Positions 50,120-61,540 of a DNA stretch of 64,000 nucleotides are shown here, in pieces. This stretch comes from Xylographa opegraphella (lineage: Eukaryota). Within the stretch, counting starts at the first letter, position 1. Each line of letters starts with the position of its first letter. The notes beneath the pieces are model-generated. The model made no database searches. It saw nothing but the letters and a program-made list of their open reading frames with translations, and was not told the DNA's origin. The position numbers and the translations under genes were made by a program. Where the stretch lies: contig JALDZX010000016.1 of assembly GCA_022813865.1 (NCBI GenBank), positions 1 to 64,000 of the forward strand. Reading direction: 5' to 3'.

Positions 50120-51363
50120 ATGCCGCCGTTCAAGGCGCCGACATTAATACGACGACCTCGGCTGGGGGTATGCCTCAGAGGTCGACGATGCGTCTTCTCG
50201 CAGGCCATCACGAGCGACGGCATAACAACTCCGGTCCCCGATGAAGCGTTATTGCAGAAGACCAAATCCCCTTTTTACTTCGACACCGGTTACGCTTTGT
50301 ATGCGAAGAGACCCCCACGGCCGTTTCCGCCTCCCTTCTCGTCACCGCCTTCTGGCTCGTTCTCCGACCCTCTCAGTACACATAACCGAAGTAGAGATCG
50401 CCGCCCCTATGTGAATGGAGAGATGATACGGGGTATCACCAATGGTGATGATGCTGTACTCGTTGGAGAGAATTTTATCGGTGCCAATGACGGAGTAGGA
50501 GCTTGGGCTACGCGTCCAAAAGGCCATGCTGGGTATGTTCGGAATGTGTGGTGAAAATGACTGTAGTTGTGCTAAACGACAACAAACAGCCTTTGGTCCA
50601 GACTTATACTTCATTTCTGGGCTTTGGAAGCTGAACGCTACGCTTACATGTCTTCTTCGAACGACTCTGATCCCGAACCGGACCCAGTACACTACTTACA
50701 AAAGGCATACGAGCAAACACTGAGTGCCACATCTCAGCCGACCGAGTGGCACGGTACAACCACGGCCTGCGGTGCTTTACTTCATCACACAAACAACAAA
50801 TATCCTGCTGAGCCAGTCCTCTATGTCACCAATCTAGGAGATTCCCAAATCATGGTCCTACGCCCAAAGGATCAAGAAGTGATTTACAAGACATCGGAAC
50901 AGTGGCATTGGTTTGATTGTCCGAGACAGCTTGGGACAAATAGTCCCGATACTCCTAATACAAACGCAGTCATGGACAAGGTCACTTTGCAGGAGAACGA
51001 CGTCGTTCTAGCGATGTCTGACGGTGTGCCGGACAATCTTTGGGAGCATGAGATACTACAAAATGTGCTCGGCAGTATTCGAATTTGGGAACAAAAACCA
51101 GATTTAGAGTCTTCGGAGGATCGAGCTGGCGGCGCTGGTGGTGGTATGCTGTTCGTTGCTCAAGAGCTTGTTAAAGCTGCCAGGGCCATAGCCGAAGACC
51201 CATTTGCAGAAAGCCCTTTTATGGAGAGGGCGGTCGAGGAGGGGCTAGCAATGGAAGGAGGTAAGGAAATGGAGTCATAAAGTTGACCACAACTAACAAG
51301 AAAGTAGGTAAACTTGATGATATCAGCGTCGTTGCTGCTCTGTGCAGGCGAAGGAAAGGGTGA
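50120..51363 (+). CDS. PTC7: PP2C-type phosphatase of the Ptc7 family, probable mitochondrial presequence, 3 exons
   Basis: NGDDA, ANDGVGAW, GTTTA, NLGDS, HWFDCPRQLG, SDGVPDNL, GG|KLDDISVV. Confidence 0.9.
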
Positions 51364-52511
51364 ATAGCTGGTGTACAGCGGAGTCAACTCGAATATATTC
51401 ACCAATAAGACCCGTTGGGCACGAGAAATTTCACCGGGATACTGACACCTCAGGAAATGGTACACGCATGTAATCACCATCCACGTGTAAGTCTCATTCT
51501 GTGTACAAGGATTCTAATCCTGAAATAAATGCTTATAATATTGCTGCTTCACAGGCTACCTCCCAGAGCACTTGTTGCAACGGAGTGTTTTCTCGCCTGG
51601 GGCCTGATAGTCCCGCCCAAATTGCGTTCACTGTGAATTACACAGCATAATTGAGGATTTATCTGATCATCAACGCTGAGGTCACCCATAAATTATCTGG
51701 TTCATAATATCAGTCTTCTCTCCTTGGAGCCGGCTTTTATGTACGTTACCTTATCGTCTGCTTGCAGCGAGATGTCTACTATTCACACCTGCATTTTAAG
51801 TGAAACGTTTCTTATGCTCAGGAATCTAGGTATGCTGGTGGGCTTGCCCCCAAGTCACCGCGCTGAGCCTAGCTATATCTACAAAATGACGACATGGAAT
51901 ATGGCTCATATCTAAGAAGATGACTCTCAAAAGCATCAAAAGCATAACCTCTGGTATATCTCCGGTAGCTGTGTTTCTGAAGCGTTTCCAATTTTTGCTT
52001 TTCGTCCTATCTAGACATTATATATACAAGAGCAATATGAGCTCTAGATTTTCATGAAGGTGGATGGAACAGACACCGGCTGAGGGTTGCTGTTTATTCT
52101 TTCGCACCACGAGCACAGAGATACAGATCATCGATTCTGCTATATTTCATACAACATGAAAACTCCAAGCTAATCATTCGATTGTTTGTTTTCCTTTCTA
52201 TTCTCCAACCATTGGCGGTGCGAAACAAAATCGCCCATGGAGAGGGGTGCCGTGCCTAGCGTCAACCTGATTGGAGCCGGGTGAATTGTCCACCACGGAA
52301 CATTTAAAGCAAACATGAAAATCATTGTCAACCGTTGCAGTACCAGGCCTATGAGGCTCTGATCCTAACACAGAAGACGTCAGACTTTGCATACGATTTC
52401 GCGTTACGTAGTGGACGAGGCTACTGCCTTAACCATGGCCCCGCGACTTTCTTCAGTTCACACCCCACTTCCTGCTTCTCCCCACTCCACATTCAGTCAC
52501 CACTTTTCAAA

Positions 52512-53769
52512 ATGTCCTCCAGTACGCCAAAAACCATCCGATGGGGCATTCTTGCCACCGGATTAATTGCACAAACATTCACTAAAGATCTTCTTGTTGA
52601 TCCCAAGACTCGCAATGTTCACTCTGTGGTACACACGGTTGGGGCAGCCGCCAGCTCGTCCAGCAAATCACGCGCGGAACAGTTTTTGAAAGACGTTGGA
52701 GCATCTTCGTCTGCAAAAGCCTATGGTACTTACGAGGAATTGGTCAAAGATCCTGAGATTGATATCATCTATGTCGCTACACCACATTCTCATCATTACC
52801 AGAATGTTATGCTATGTTTGGAAGCGGGCAAGAATGTGCTCTGCGAGAAAGCCTTTACTGTCAATGCCGCTCAGCTGAAGATTTTAGTCAAGAAAGCGAA
52901 AGAAAAGGTTTGCGACACGGACAAGAGTATGAAATGTTTGTTGACATTGTATACAGAATTTGTTCCTCATGGAAGCTGTCTGGACTCGCTACTTCCCTAT
53001 TTCGGCCTATGTGCGTGATCTCGTCACCTCCGGCCGGCTGGGCAACGTCACCCGTGTATATGCAGACTTCTCGATGAGCATGGATCCCGAGAAGTCATTC
53101 GCCGACAACAAGCATCGAATGGTTAATGTCAATCTCGCAGGCGGCGCCCTACTAGATCTTGGGATTTACTCCATAACGTGGTGTTTCCAAACCTTATACC
53201 TCACTCAACCAAAGGAGTCCCGGAAGCCACCCAAGGTTATGGCGGCAATGAGCCATTTCCGAACCGGTGCTGACCAGCAGACAACAATCCTCCTCGACTT
53301 CCCACGCTCCAAAGAGTTGGGAGGTAATGCGCACGCCATAGCGACAACAGCCATTGTTGTGAGTGGCGACCCTGACGAGAAAGGGACAGCTGGGCCTGGT
53401 GCGCGTATTCAAGGCGACAAGGGCGAAGTGCAGATAAACGGCCCTATCTGTCGACCCACAAAGTCAAGGCTTATACTCCAGGACGGAACGGTAGAGGATA
53501 AGGATTGGCCACAGCCTGGACCAGGGGAGGGTAGTGGATGGAGGAATGGATTTGGGGGTGATATGAATCCTGAGGGCGTCGGACATGGAATGTTCTGGGA
53601 AGCTGACGAAGCGGCTATGGCTCTTATTGAGGGACGAAAGGAAGGCAAGTATGAGGATCTTGAGGAGAGTGTGGTTATTATGGAAGTCATGGACGAGGTG
53701 AGGAGGCAAGGAAACTTCAAGTACCCGGAGAAGCTTGAGAGTACAGAGTATCCGCTCAAGTTAGACTGA
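52512..53769 (+). CDS. Gfo/Idh/MocA oxidoreductase (dimeric dihydrodiol / D-xylose dehydrogenase-like), intron 52908-52957
   Basis: IRWGILATG, YVATPHSHH, VLCEKAF, FLMEAVWTR, GGALLDLGIY. Confidence 0.93.
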
Positions 53770-54221
53770 GGTCAAGTCACAGAGTTCAAACCGACCTATA
53801 TTCGGATGCATCACAAAGTATCCGTATGTCGATTTGAGCGATACAATTTGTAAGACGCTCTAGCGTTCACCCACATTGAGGATAATTAACCCGCAGTGAA
53901 ATATATTCAATGACACCCAAGTTTCAGAAGTACAAATCACCTCCATGCTGGAAGCCGAACTGCAGAAACAAATCATGAAGCCATGACAACTACGTCACCA
54001 AAGCTGCTAGTCTTGAGCCCGAGCCTCCAGCTTAGTGCCCGGCACTAGGACCGTAGGGTACCGCTAGCATTGCGGACCGATAAACCTCCGCCTTAGCCAA
54101 GCATCAGAACACGTCGTGAAGCAATTCCCAATCGATCAACGCAGAAAGCTCAAAACCACCACTGCGGTCTCCGTCTCCATCCCCCCACCCTAGCAAGCCG
54201 CCTTCATCCCATCTCTCCACC

Positions 54222-55052
54222 ATGGCGCCCAAAAACCGCTCCGCGAACACCCCCAACACATCCACAGCGACACCTACCACCAACATCCCTACAGCCTCGA
54301 GAGCGCCAACCCGAGACGGCTCAATGGCGAGCAAGGGCAAAGCCACCACCGGGGGCGCCCCTAACTTGTATGAAATAATGCAGGGCGTGTGGGACAGCTA
54401 CGTGGACAAGACGCCGCAGCGCACCAAGCTGGTCGATGTCTTCATGGCGTTCTTGGTCGTCGTGGGCGGCGTGCAGTTCGTGTACTGCGTGCTGGCCGGG
54501 AATTATGTGAGTGGGCGGGGGCTTTGCCCCTTTTTGCTTTCCCAATGCCTTGTTCAGAGGATGAGGGGATGCCGGCGTGCGCGGTAGGACAATTGCTCGG
54601 GTGGTGGGGAATTGCTTAAGCTCGGAGGCCTTGTTTGGAGTGGGCCAGCGCTGACTGTTCGTGTGTTTGTGCTAGCCGTTTAATGCCTTTTTAGCCGGCT
54701 TCAGCGCGACAGTCGGCCAGTTCGTCCTTACGGCTGGCCTGCGGATGCAGACGAATCTAGAGAATAAAACGGAGTTTAGTACGGTGTCTCCGGAAAGGTA
54801 CGTTCGGATAGATCACGCTTCTCATTCCGTGGCTATGCACATCGGTCACTCTGGTCTGTCGACGTTCGTGCTGAGGCTACCCGTTATATCTATGCCAAGA
54901 ATTGTCACTCATCTTATACAAGCTGAAGCAACCGCTCGCTGTACACCGAGATGATCTTGTGCTGACAAACAACTTTTACGAACAGAGCCTTTCTAGACTA
55001 CGTGCTGTGTAGCTTGATTCTGCATTTCCTTTGCATAAATTTCATCAATTAG
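54222..55052 (+). CDS. OST2: Oligosaccharyltransferase subunit Ost2/DAD1 (exons 54222-54506, 54676-54797, 54986-55052)
   Basis: TPQRTKLVDVFM, QFVYCVLAGNY|PFNAFLAGFSATVGQFVL, SPER|AFLDY, LHFLCINFIN*. Confidence 0.96.
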
Positions 55053-55314
55053 ATCACGGGACCGGCACTGAGGGGGCGGGCAAAATATACGTTATTGGAT
55101 CGAATGAGCACTACGGAGTTGTACCAAAATCTGGGCTGTGAAAACGTAGTAGTCCTCCCACAATGTACATTAGCCATTGCGCATGTGCACTACACTAGAA
55201 GCAAAAAGTCTTTCAATATGGACGATTGTGAATTCATCAAATGCGCCGGAAACTAATCTATAAACATGACACCTCCTATCCTATCATCGTTTCCCCATTC
55301 AAATGCAACAACCC

Positions 55315-57334
55315 TTATTCTAACCGGAATATTACCCTGAGAGCCTCACCTAGCCTGCGAATCGCCTCTCTGATATTGTCGGCGGAAGCGGAGGCGAAGG
55401 TTGTTCGGAGGAACATGTCTGTCCCACCGTCCGCCTCGGCGCGGAACCAGCTTCCCTTGGTGCATAGCACCCCGCGCTCGATGGCGACGTGAAACACCTC
55501 ATCTTCGATATCGAGCATCGGCACCGAGGACGCTTCCGGATGCAGGCGCCAGTTGATCTTTATCCAGTGCTAAAATTGAGTCAATTTCAAGGATGACCAG
55601 AAAGCAAGAAAATAAGAACACGAAAGGCCTAGAGGAACTATTAAACAAGACTTACAAACATTCCCGCCGCTGGCGGATTCCAGCTTGCCACCTGCGACGG
55701 CAGAAATTCCTCACAAGCACGGCAGATGACGTCCCGGCGCTTCGTGTACTCAAGCCGTAGGTTAATCAGCCAGTCTAGGTAGCCTGCGTGGCCCCACGTC
55801 TCATCCAGTAGTTTGTATAGCGTCATTTGGCTGAAGCCACTGGGGCTTTGCGTCGAGACCTCCTGGTGGCGTATGAAGCGCTCGACGATCTGCTCTGGAG
55901 CTGTAATCCATCCTACACGCGCTCCAGGCGCAATCACCTTCGAGAACGAGTCCATGCGCATGACGCGCCCATCCACATCCATACTAAGGAGGGAGGGAAC
56001 GATCGATTTAAGAAACTCAGCGTGGGAGGCGGGAGGTGGGACATCTGGTGCATTGGGGCCGGTATACGGCTGCATCTGTAGGAAGTAGTACGGCTCGTCC
56101 TCGAGGATGTAGAGGTCGTGCTTCTGTGCGACGCGATATATATCACGGCGGCGCTGTTCTGACTGCGTCGCGCCCGTTGGGTTGCCACCGGTCGGGACGG
56201 TGTAGAGAAGCCAAGGCTTCTTGGCGCCGCGGGAAGTTTCATCCCAGGATGAGAGGATTTCATTCAAGGAGGTAGCAAGCATGCCTTGGGCATCCATTTG
56301 GACTCCAATGACTCGTACGCCCATCGGTGCGGCGGTCTCAACGGCCGTGGCAAAGGTGTATTCTTCTGAAAGGATATAATCGCCACGAGTAGTGAACATG
56401 CGGTAGGCCATGTCCAGGGCGGAAGTGCTGCCGACAGTGGCACAGCACTGCCAGTCACGGTAGGGGGGGTTATGAACGATCTGGGTAAAGGAAACTGGGA
56501 TTAGCATCGGGTTGAGTCTAATAATGAATATGAAAGCTGTACCTCAGTGTGTTCAGTGATGAAGCGAAGTAGCTGGGGGGTCCCTGCGGCCTGACTGTAA
56601 TTGAGAGCTACGTGGATATCTGCGGTTTGTTAATAGAGAAAGTTCAGTTATTAAGGGAAGACTTACCGAACAAGCCCTTGCCTTCAGCAATGTCATGCTT
56701 TCCTATACTCGTGACAACGCCCGTTTCTTTGGTGTCATCTTCTGAAAAGCCTGGAGGAACGGGAACTTTGGTATCGATACATTCGAATGGGAAGTATTCG
56801 CTTGATGGTAGACCTCCTCCTAAAGATATGATACCTATATCTTGCTTTTAGAGGAGACGATTGCACATTGAGAATCAGGAAATACTAACCAGGATTCTTG
56901 AGATATTTCGCTACGCCTTTAATAGCTGTTGGCTATCTGTATTGTCAGCAATAGCTTACTATCTACTGTTTTTGGGTATAGACCTTTCTTGATTTACTTT
57001 CTTCGTTCAAGCGATCTAAGAAGTTTGTTAATATATCAACATACTATCAACTACATGGTTTTTGAAAAAATATTACGTACGATCCCATCGCTTTGCTTTC
57101 GGTTTGCCATAGCCCTATATGAGCGTCAACTCCAACACATTCCGAGTGAAGTTCAAAACGGTGACTGACGGGACCCTTGAACATCTCACTGCTTGATGCA
57201 GCAACTAAACCACCATCCATTCTAGGAGCCTTGTTCCGACGAGCAAAGACGCCATTGACACTCAATGGACCGGATATTGTGGCAACCTGCGTATCGGTAA
57301 CGCTCTGGAGGTCTATAGCTGTAGGAGGAGCCAT
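55315..57334 (-). CDS. ARO8: Aromatic amino-acid / 2-aminoadipate aminotransferase (PLP class I), many introns including three very short 5' exons
   Basis: ISLGGGLP, ALNYSQAAG, PTGGNPTG, EDEPYYFLQ, PLP-Lys in DSFSK, PAAGMF. Confidence 0.92.
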
Positions 57335-57966
57335 ATTTCGAATTACACGAAACTGAGCAACTATGTAGAGGAAGGTGTGAAAAGTAGAAGATCAAATTTA
57401 CGAAAGGTAGATTTAGAAATCGCTGATGAGACTTTCACTGACTCCCGTAACCAAGAATTTGAAGAAATGCTTAACTCTGTTCAAAGTGGCTGACTGTTTG
57501 AGATACACGGGCAATATTTGAACCCGCAAACAGTCAGAGATTATTGAGTGCCAGTATAATTGAGTCCCAGTAGCATCAAGGTTTTCTACTTTGCTTTCTG
57601 ATGGAAAACCCGAGTCCTAGAAAGCATTACAAGCAGGAAGGAGTGAACGTTAGTTCTTAGCGCGCTATTCTAGCCCTTATCGGGCAGCTCGGGCCACCGA
57701 TAAAAGAAATTTCGTTCCTAAAATAGCCGCTTGTAAGCGCATCCTACAAAAAGTCTTCGGGTGCTGTTGAATACAGCCTATCAGATGCTGTGAATTGTTA
57801 TGGCTGTACGAGTTCTCGAGAATCGGCAAGCATTCAGATTACCCTAATCCGTGTACTGTAGGAATATCTCTGAATAGCACACCACGCCGTTAGCTTAGGA
57901 TCAAGCTCCATTACTCCAGTGCCTTGACTCCAAGCTCGGTAACAGCTCGTTACCTTGATACACAAC

Positions 57967-59054
57967 ATGAGAGGGAAACGTTCAAAGCAGTACCGCAAGC
58001 TGATGCAGCAATATGGCCTCACATTCGGATTCCGGGAGCCTTACCAAGTGCTCAGTTAGTATTTCCCTTGGCCACTCTGTTCCTAAAGCTCGCTAACCCG
58101 TGCTGCTAGTCGACGCGCAAATGCTACAAGATACCTCACGCTTCAAGATGGATCTCGTTACTGGCCTAGAGCGGACGCTCCATGGACAAGTCAAGCCCAG
58201 TAAGACTCATCGGATTGTCGAAACCTCTCTGAAGCTTGACACAGTGATACAAATCAGTATTTTTCTTCAGTCAACTGACATTGTACGCAGTGATCACACA
58301 ATGTACTATGCGACATTTCTACCTCCTACCAACATCCACACCTACTGATGCCACACCCTCCACTTCCACCATGACCATGAGCAGCAAGAATGCCCTTATT
58401 GACCTCGCCCGAACCTTTGAACGCCGCCGCTGTGACCACCACACCCTGGATGAGCCTCTTTCGACGCTTGCATGTTTCACCTCGGTGGTTGATCCCAAAG
58501 GATCCAGAACAAACAAGAACAGATATATAGTCGCCAGCCAGGAAGAAGAGGTACGGCGATGGGCTCGAGGGATCAAAGGCGTACCAAGTGTGTACGTGAA
58601 GAGAAGTGTCATGGTCATGGAGCCTATGAGCGAAGGGAGCTTGGGAGTGCGAGAGGGTGCAGAGAGGGGGAAGTTGAGAGGAGGGATTAGAAAATCAGGA
58701 GAGCACGAGGAGAAAAAGCGGAAAAGGGTTGAGGAAAGTGAAGATCAAGTCCAGGATGAGAAGGAGGCGAAGAAGAAAAGGACAAGAGGGCTGAAAGGGC
58801 CAAATCCTTTGAGTGTAAAAAAAGCAAAGAAGGAAATTATCTCAGAAGAGAAGGCTGGTCCTATCAACAGCTCTCATGGGATCGAAAAGGCGGCCGCCCG
58901 CGATATATCGGCGGAGGGTTCAATGGCAGCTGGGCCAGATTCTACATCTTACAAGAAAAAACGGAAGAGGAAGCACAAGTCGGGAGCATTAGCTCAGGAA
59001 AACGATTCTGCCGTGGATGTGGATCACGTTCAAGAGGAATCTATTAGCACATGA
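57967..59054 (+). CDS. UTP23: SSU processome PIN-domain protein Utp23, 3 exons
   Basis: MRGKRSKQYRKLM..FGFREPYQVL|VDA, ITQCTMRHFY, ERRRCDH, NKNRYIVASQ, KGPNPLSVKK. Confidence 0.95.
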
Positions 59055-59253
59055 ACTCCGATATTTTAAGATGATCGCCTTTTAAGATTCGCTCGATATC
59101 GTAGAGTCATTGTTTCAGTACCCCTTTTCAAGCCTTTCAGAGAATTGGCTGGCGCTCATCTATCCGACCGTCGGTCGTCACTGCTACCAACAGTATCACA
59201 ACATCCAATGAGCTTCAACAGAGCGGACATGGTCGACCAACCATCATCTTACC

Positions 59254-60474
59254 TTAATCTACAGTATAGGGCGGCGGAACTTGGGACATTTCGTTGTCTC
59301 TGATAATTTTGACTTGCTTCACATCCCTCACATCCACATCCTGCAAGATCCTGATGTTGATCGTCGTTGTCTTCAGCCTCTCCATCAGCTCTTCGCGCTT
59401 CTCCAATGGCCAGTCTTTCGTGACCTCTTCGCTTATATCCAGGGGTTTTAGGCACACAGACACGCCGCATATACTACAGAATTTATGCTCGTATGTCCGT
59501 TTGCCAAAGACATAGCCTGTGAGATGCTCGCCGCCGTGTATAGCGATTTGGGTGTTTTGTGGATATATGAGGATATTGGCGTTCTGCAGGAGCATCAGCG
59601 TGCCAATTTACCAAAAAGGTCTCTGTTCCCGTTGAGAAAATGGCAGAGTAATAGGGAGAGTGCTTATGCTGGGGACACAAGGCGGTTTTGCGGATTGCAA
59701 AAGCTATTACACACGAGGGGAAATGCCCTTGTGTCAAGAGAAGAGATACTGAGGGCCAGAGAAGAATTTGAGTGTGGAAAGAGAGTAGGCAGCAGGAACG
59801 CACCCGAACGCAAATACTACAATCATCCTCGTTCACTTCGACCTCCGAGATGGGCTTCGATTTGAGAGCAACAATCACTGCTCCACAATGACAATTGCCA
59901 GTGTAGAGCTTGAGCTCCTGTTTTTCAGCTTCGGTCCTGATGTCCGGGCCTGGGTTCTTCGGCGGTACATATGGATCCCCGAAAGCCGCCCCATTGATTG
60001 GTGGGTTGGGATTGGGGTAGGGATCCACAGCCCAGACGTCAAAATCTCGAAGCGTGCGCACCTGGCGACCCGATTAAATGCATTTCACCGCAAAGATACA
60101 GAACATCAGGGGCCGCTCAGCATACGTTGACTGCAATCATTTCGGTCCCATTGATCATCCCCACGGCCATTACCGGCGTGCCGCATGTCGGACAGAACTG
60201 CAAACGGAATATGAGTCAGGCATTCCACGGGTCTGGGGCCGCTCCGCACCTTGTGAGTGAACGCTTTGCTTGCAGAATGGTACTCCGCCAAAGCATCCTC
60301 GCCTCGCTCGATGGTGAAGGCTTCCTTGCGCGGGTAGACCCAGAGGTAGCCTTTCTTAGAGCAGATGCTGCAGTTGCAGGTCTGGACACTGGTGATCTTG
60401 GGGACCGTGAGCGAGAACTTGAAGGCGGCGCAGTGGCAGTTGCCGCAGTAGGTTTTAGGCGGGGTGGTCGCCAT
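59254..60474 (-). CDS. Tandem two-domain GFA/CENP-V (Mss4-like) zinc protein, 4 exons
   Basis: Domain 1 GNCHC..CNCSIC..FCPTCG; domain 2 GNCHCG..DDCSIC..FCSICG. Confidence 0.9.
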
Positions 60475-60844
60475 GGTGAGTGATGAATCTGGGGAAGACG
60501 GGTTGCAGATAGCTCGTCCTTCGAAGGGGTTCTTAAACGGCCGACGCGTTGCAGCTGCGCTATCAGTTGGCGTCTGCCATTCGGGACGGATGACTCACGG
60601 GCTTACCAATAATAATTCAGGCGCGCTGTCATGTGGGGACGCGCCTCGCGCGTTCCACTTATACCCTCGCTAGACTAAAACTAGGATAGTCAATCGAAGT
60701 CTAGCTCCAGCGTGGGATAGCTTTCTGTAACCAGCACTATCTAAGGTATTCAAGGTACTATTGAAACTAATCACTAGGCGCAGGTAATGGCAGCAGGTAA
60801 CAGTGCATTGCTTAATCACTAAGAAGGTGAAGAGTTCTTCTGGA

Positions 60845-60877
60845 NNNNNNNNNNNNNNNNNNNNNNNNNNNNNNNNN
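60845..60877. other. Assembly gap (33 N)
   Basis: Run of n in the sequence. Confidence 1.
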
Positions 60878-61540
60878 ACTAAGCTAGGCCTAATCGGCTA
60901 TAGTAAAGGACCAACAACACAGACTGCTAACGCCCTGATTTTCAACAGGTACCTTATTACTGATTGGGTAGGTACGCAAAGTTTACAAATGTTCATTTTC
61001 CACGCTCTGCGGCAAAACTTTAGTCCGAGAAAAAATATCCTCAGAATTTACTGCGGCAACTGGAAGATCCTGCAACGTCGAAAGGTCCTGCGGTGCTAAG
61101 TGTGAAAACGCACAGCAGCCGAGTCGTGGATCGCCCCTCATCATTTCATCAGTCGTTGAGCTTCGATCTTGATGGGAAAATTCCGTTCGGAAAGTCCACG
61201 AAGCCGAACAGACTATAGTTGAATGAGAAGACTTTATGTATCTTTCCCATCAATACTCCGCAGGAATTCAGCGATGACCGTGCTGCCAAAGCCTACCTGG
61301 AATGGTTCTGACGAGCTAGAAATCTTTGCTTTGGCCTAGCGATGCATCACAAGCAATAGCCTAAAGAAGGACGAATCAATATTGATCTATTGCATGTAAG
61401 ATATTGCAACAGTCCGGACCTCATCGCCAGGACTACCTGAGGATTTTTCATCCTCCGGATTACAAAAGCTAAACGTGTAGAGTGAACAACGAAAATCATG
61501 GAAGCACTGTAGAGCGAGACTTAACAACTATGAATTGTCG

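Noticed and set aside
6797..53769. Cryptic peroxisomal PTS1 by stop readthrough in metabolic genes
   Set aside because: For the genes inspected (CitE-like, OPA3, AIG1-like, Gfo/Idh/MocA) no TGA-CTA context or SKL-like extension was found
54798..54985. Long OST2 intron as possible snoRNA host
   Set aside because: No properly spaced C/D boxes or hairpin-H-hairpin-ACA arrangement could be found by eye
24179..57703. CCGATAA motif ~145 bp upstream of both PFA4 and OST2 and as an inverted pair upstream of UTP23
   Set aside because: Also found inside CDSs, and the total count is about what a 7-mer gives by chance in 64 kb
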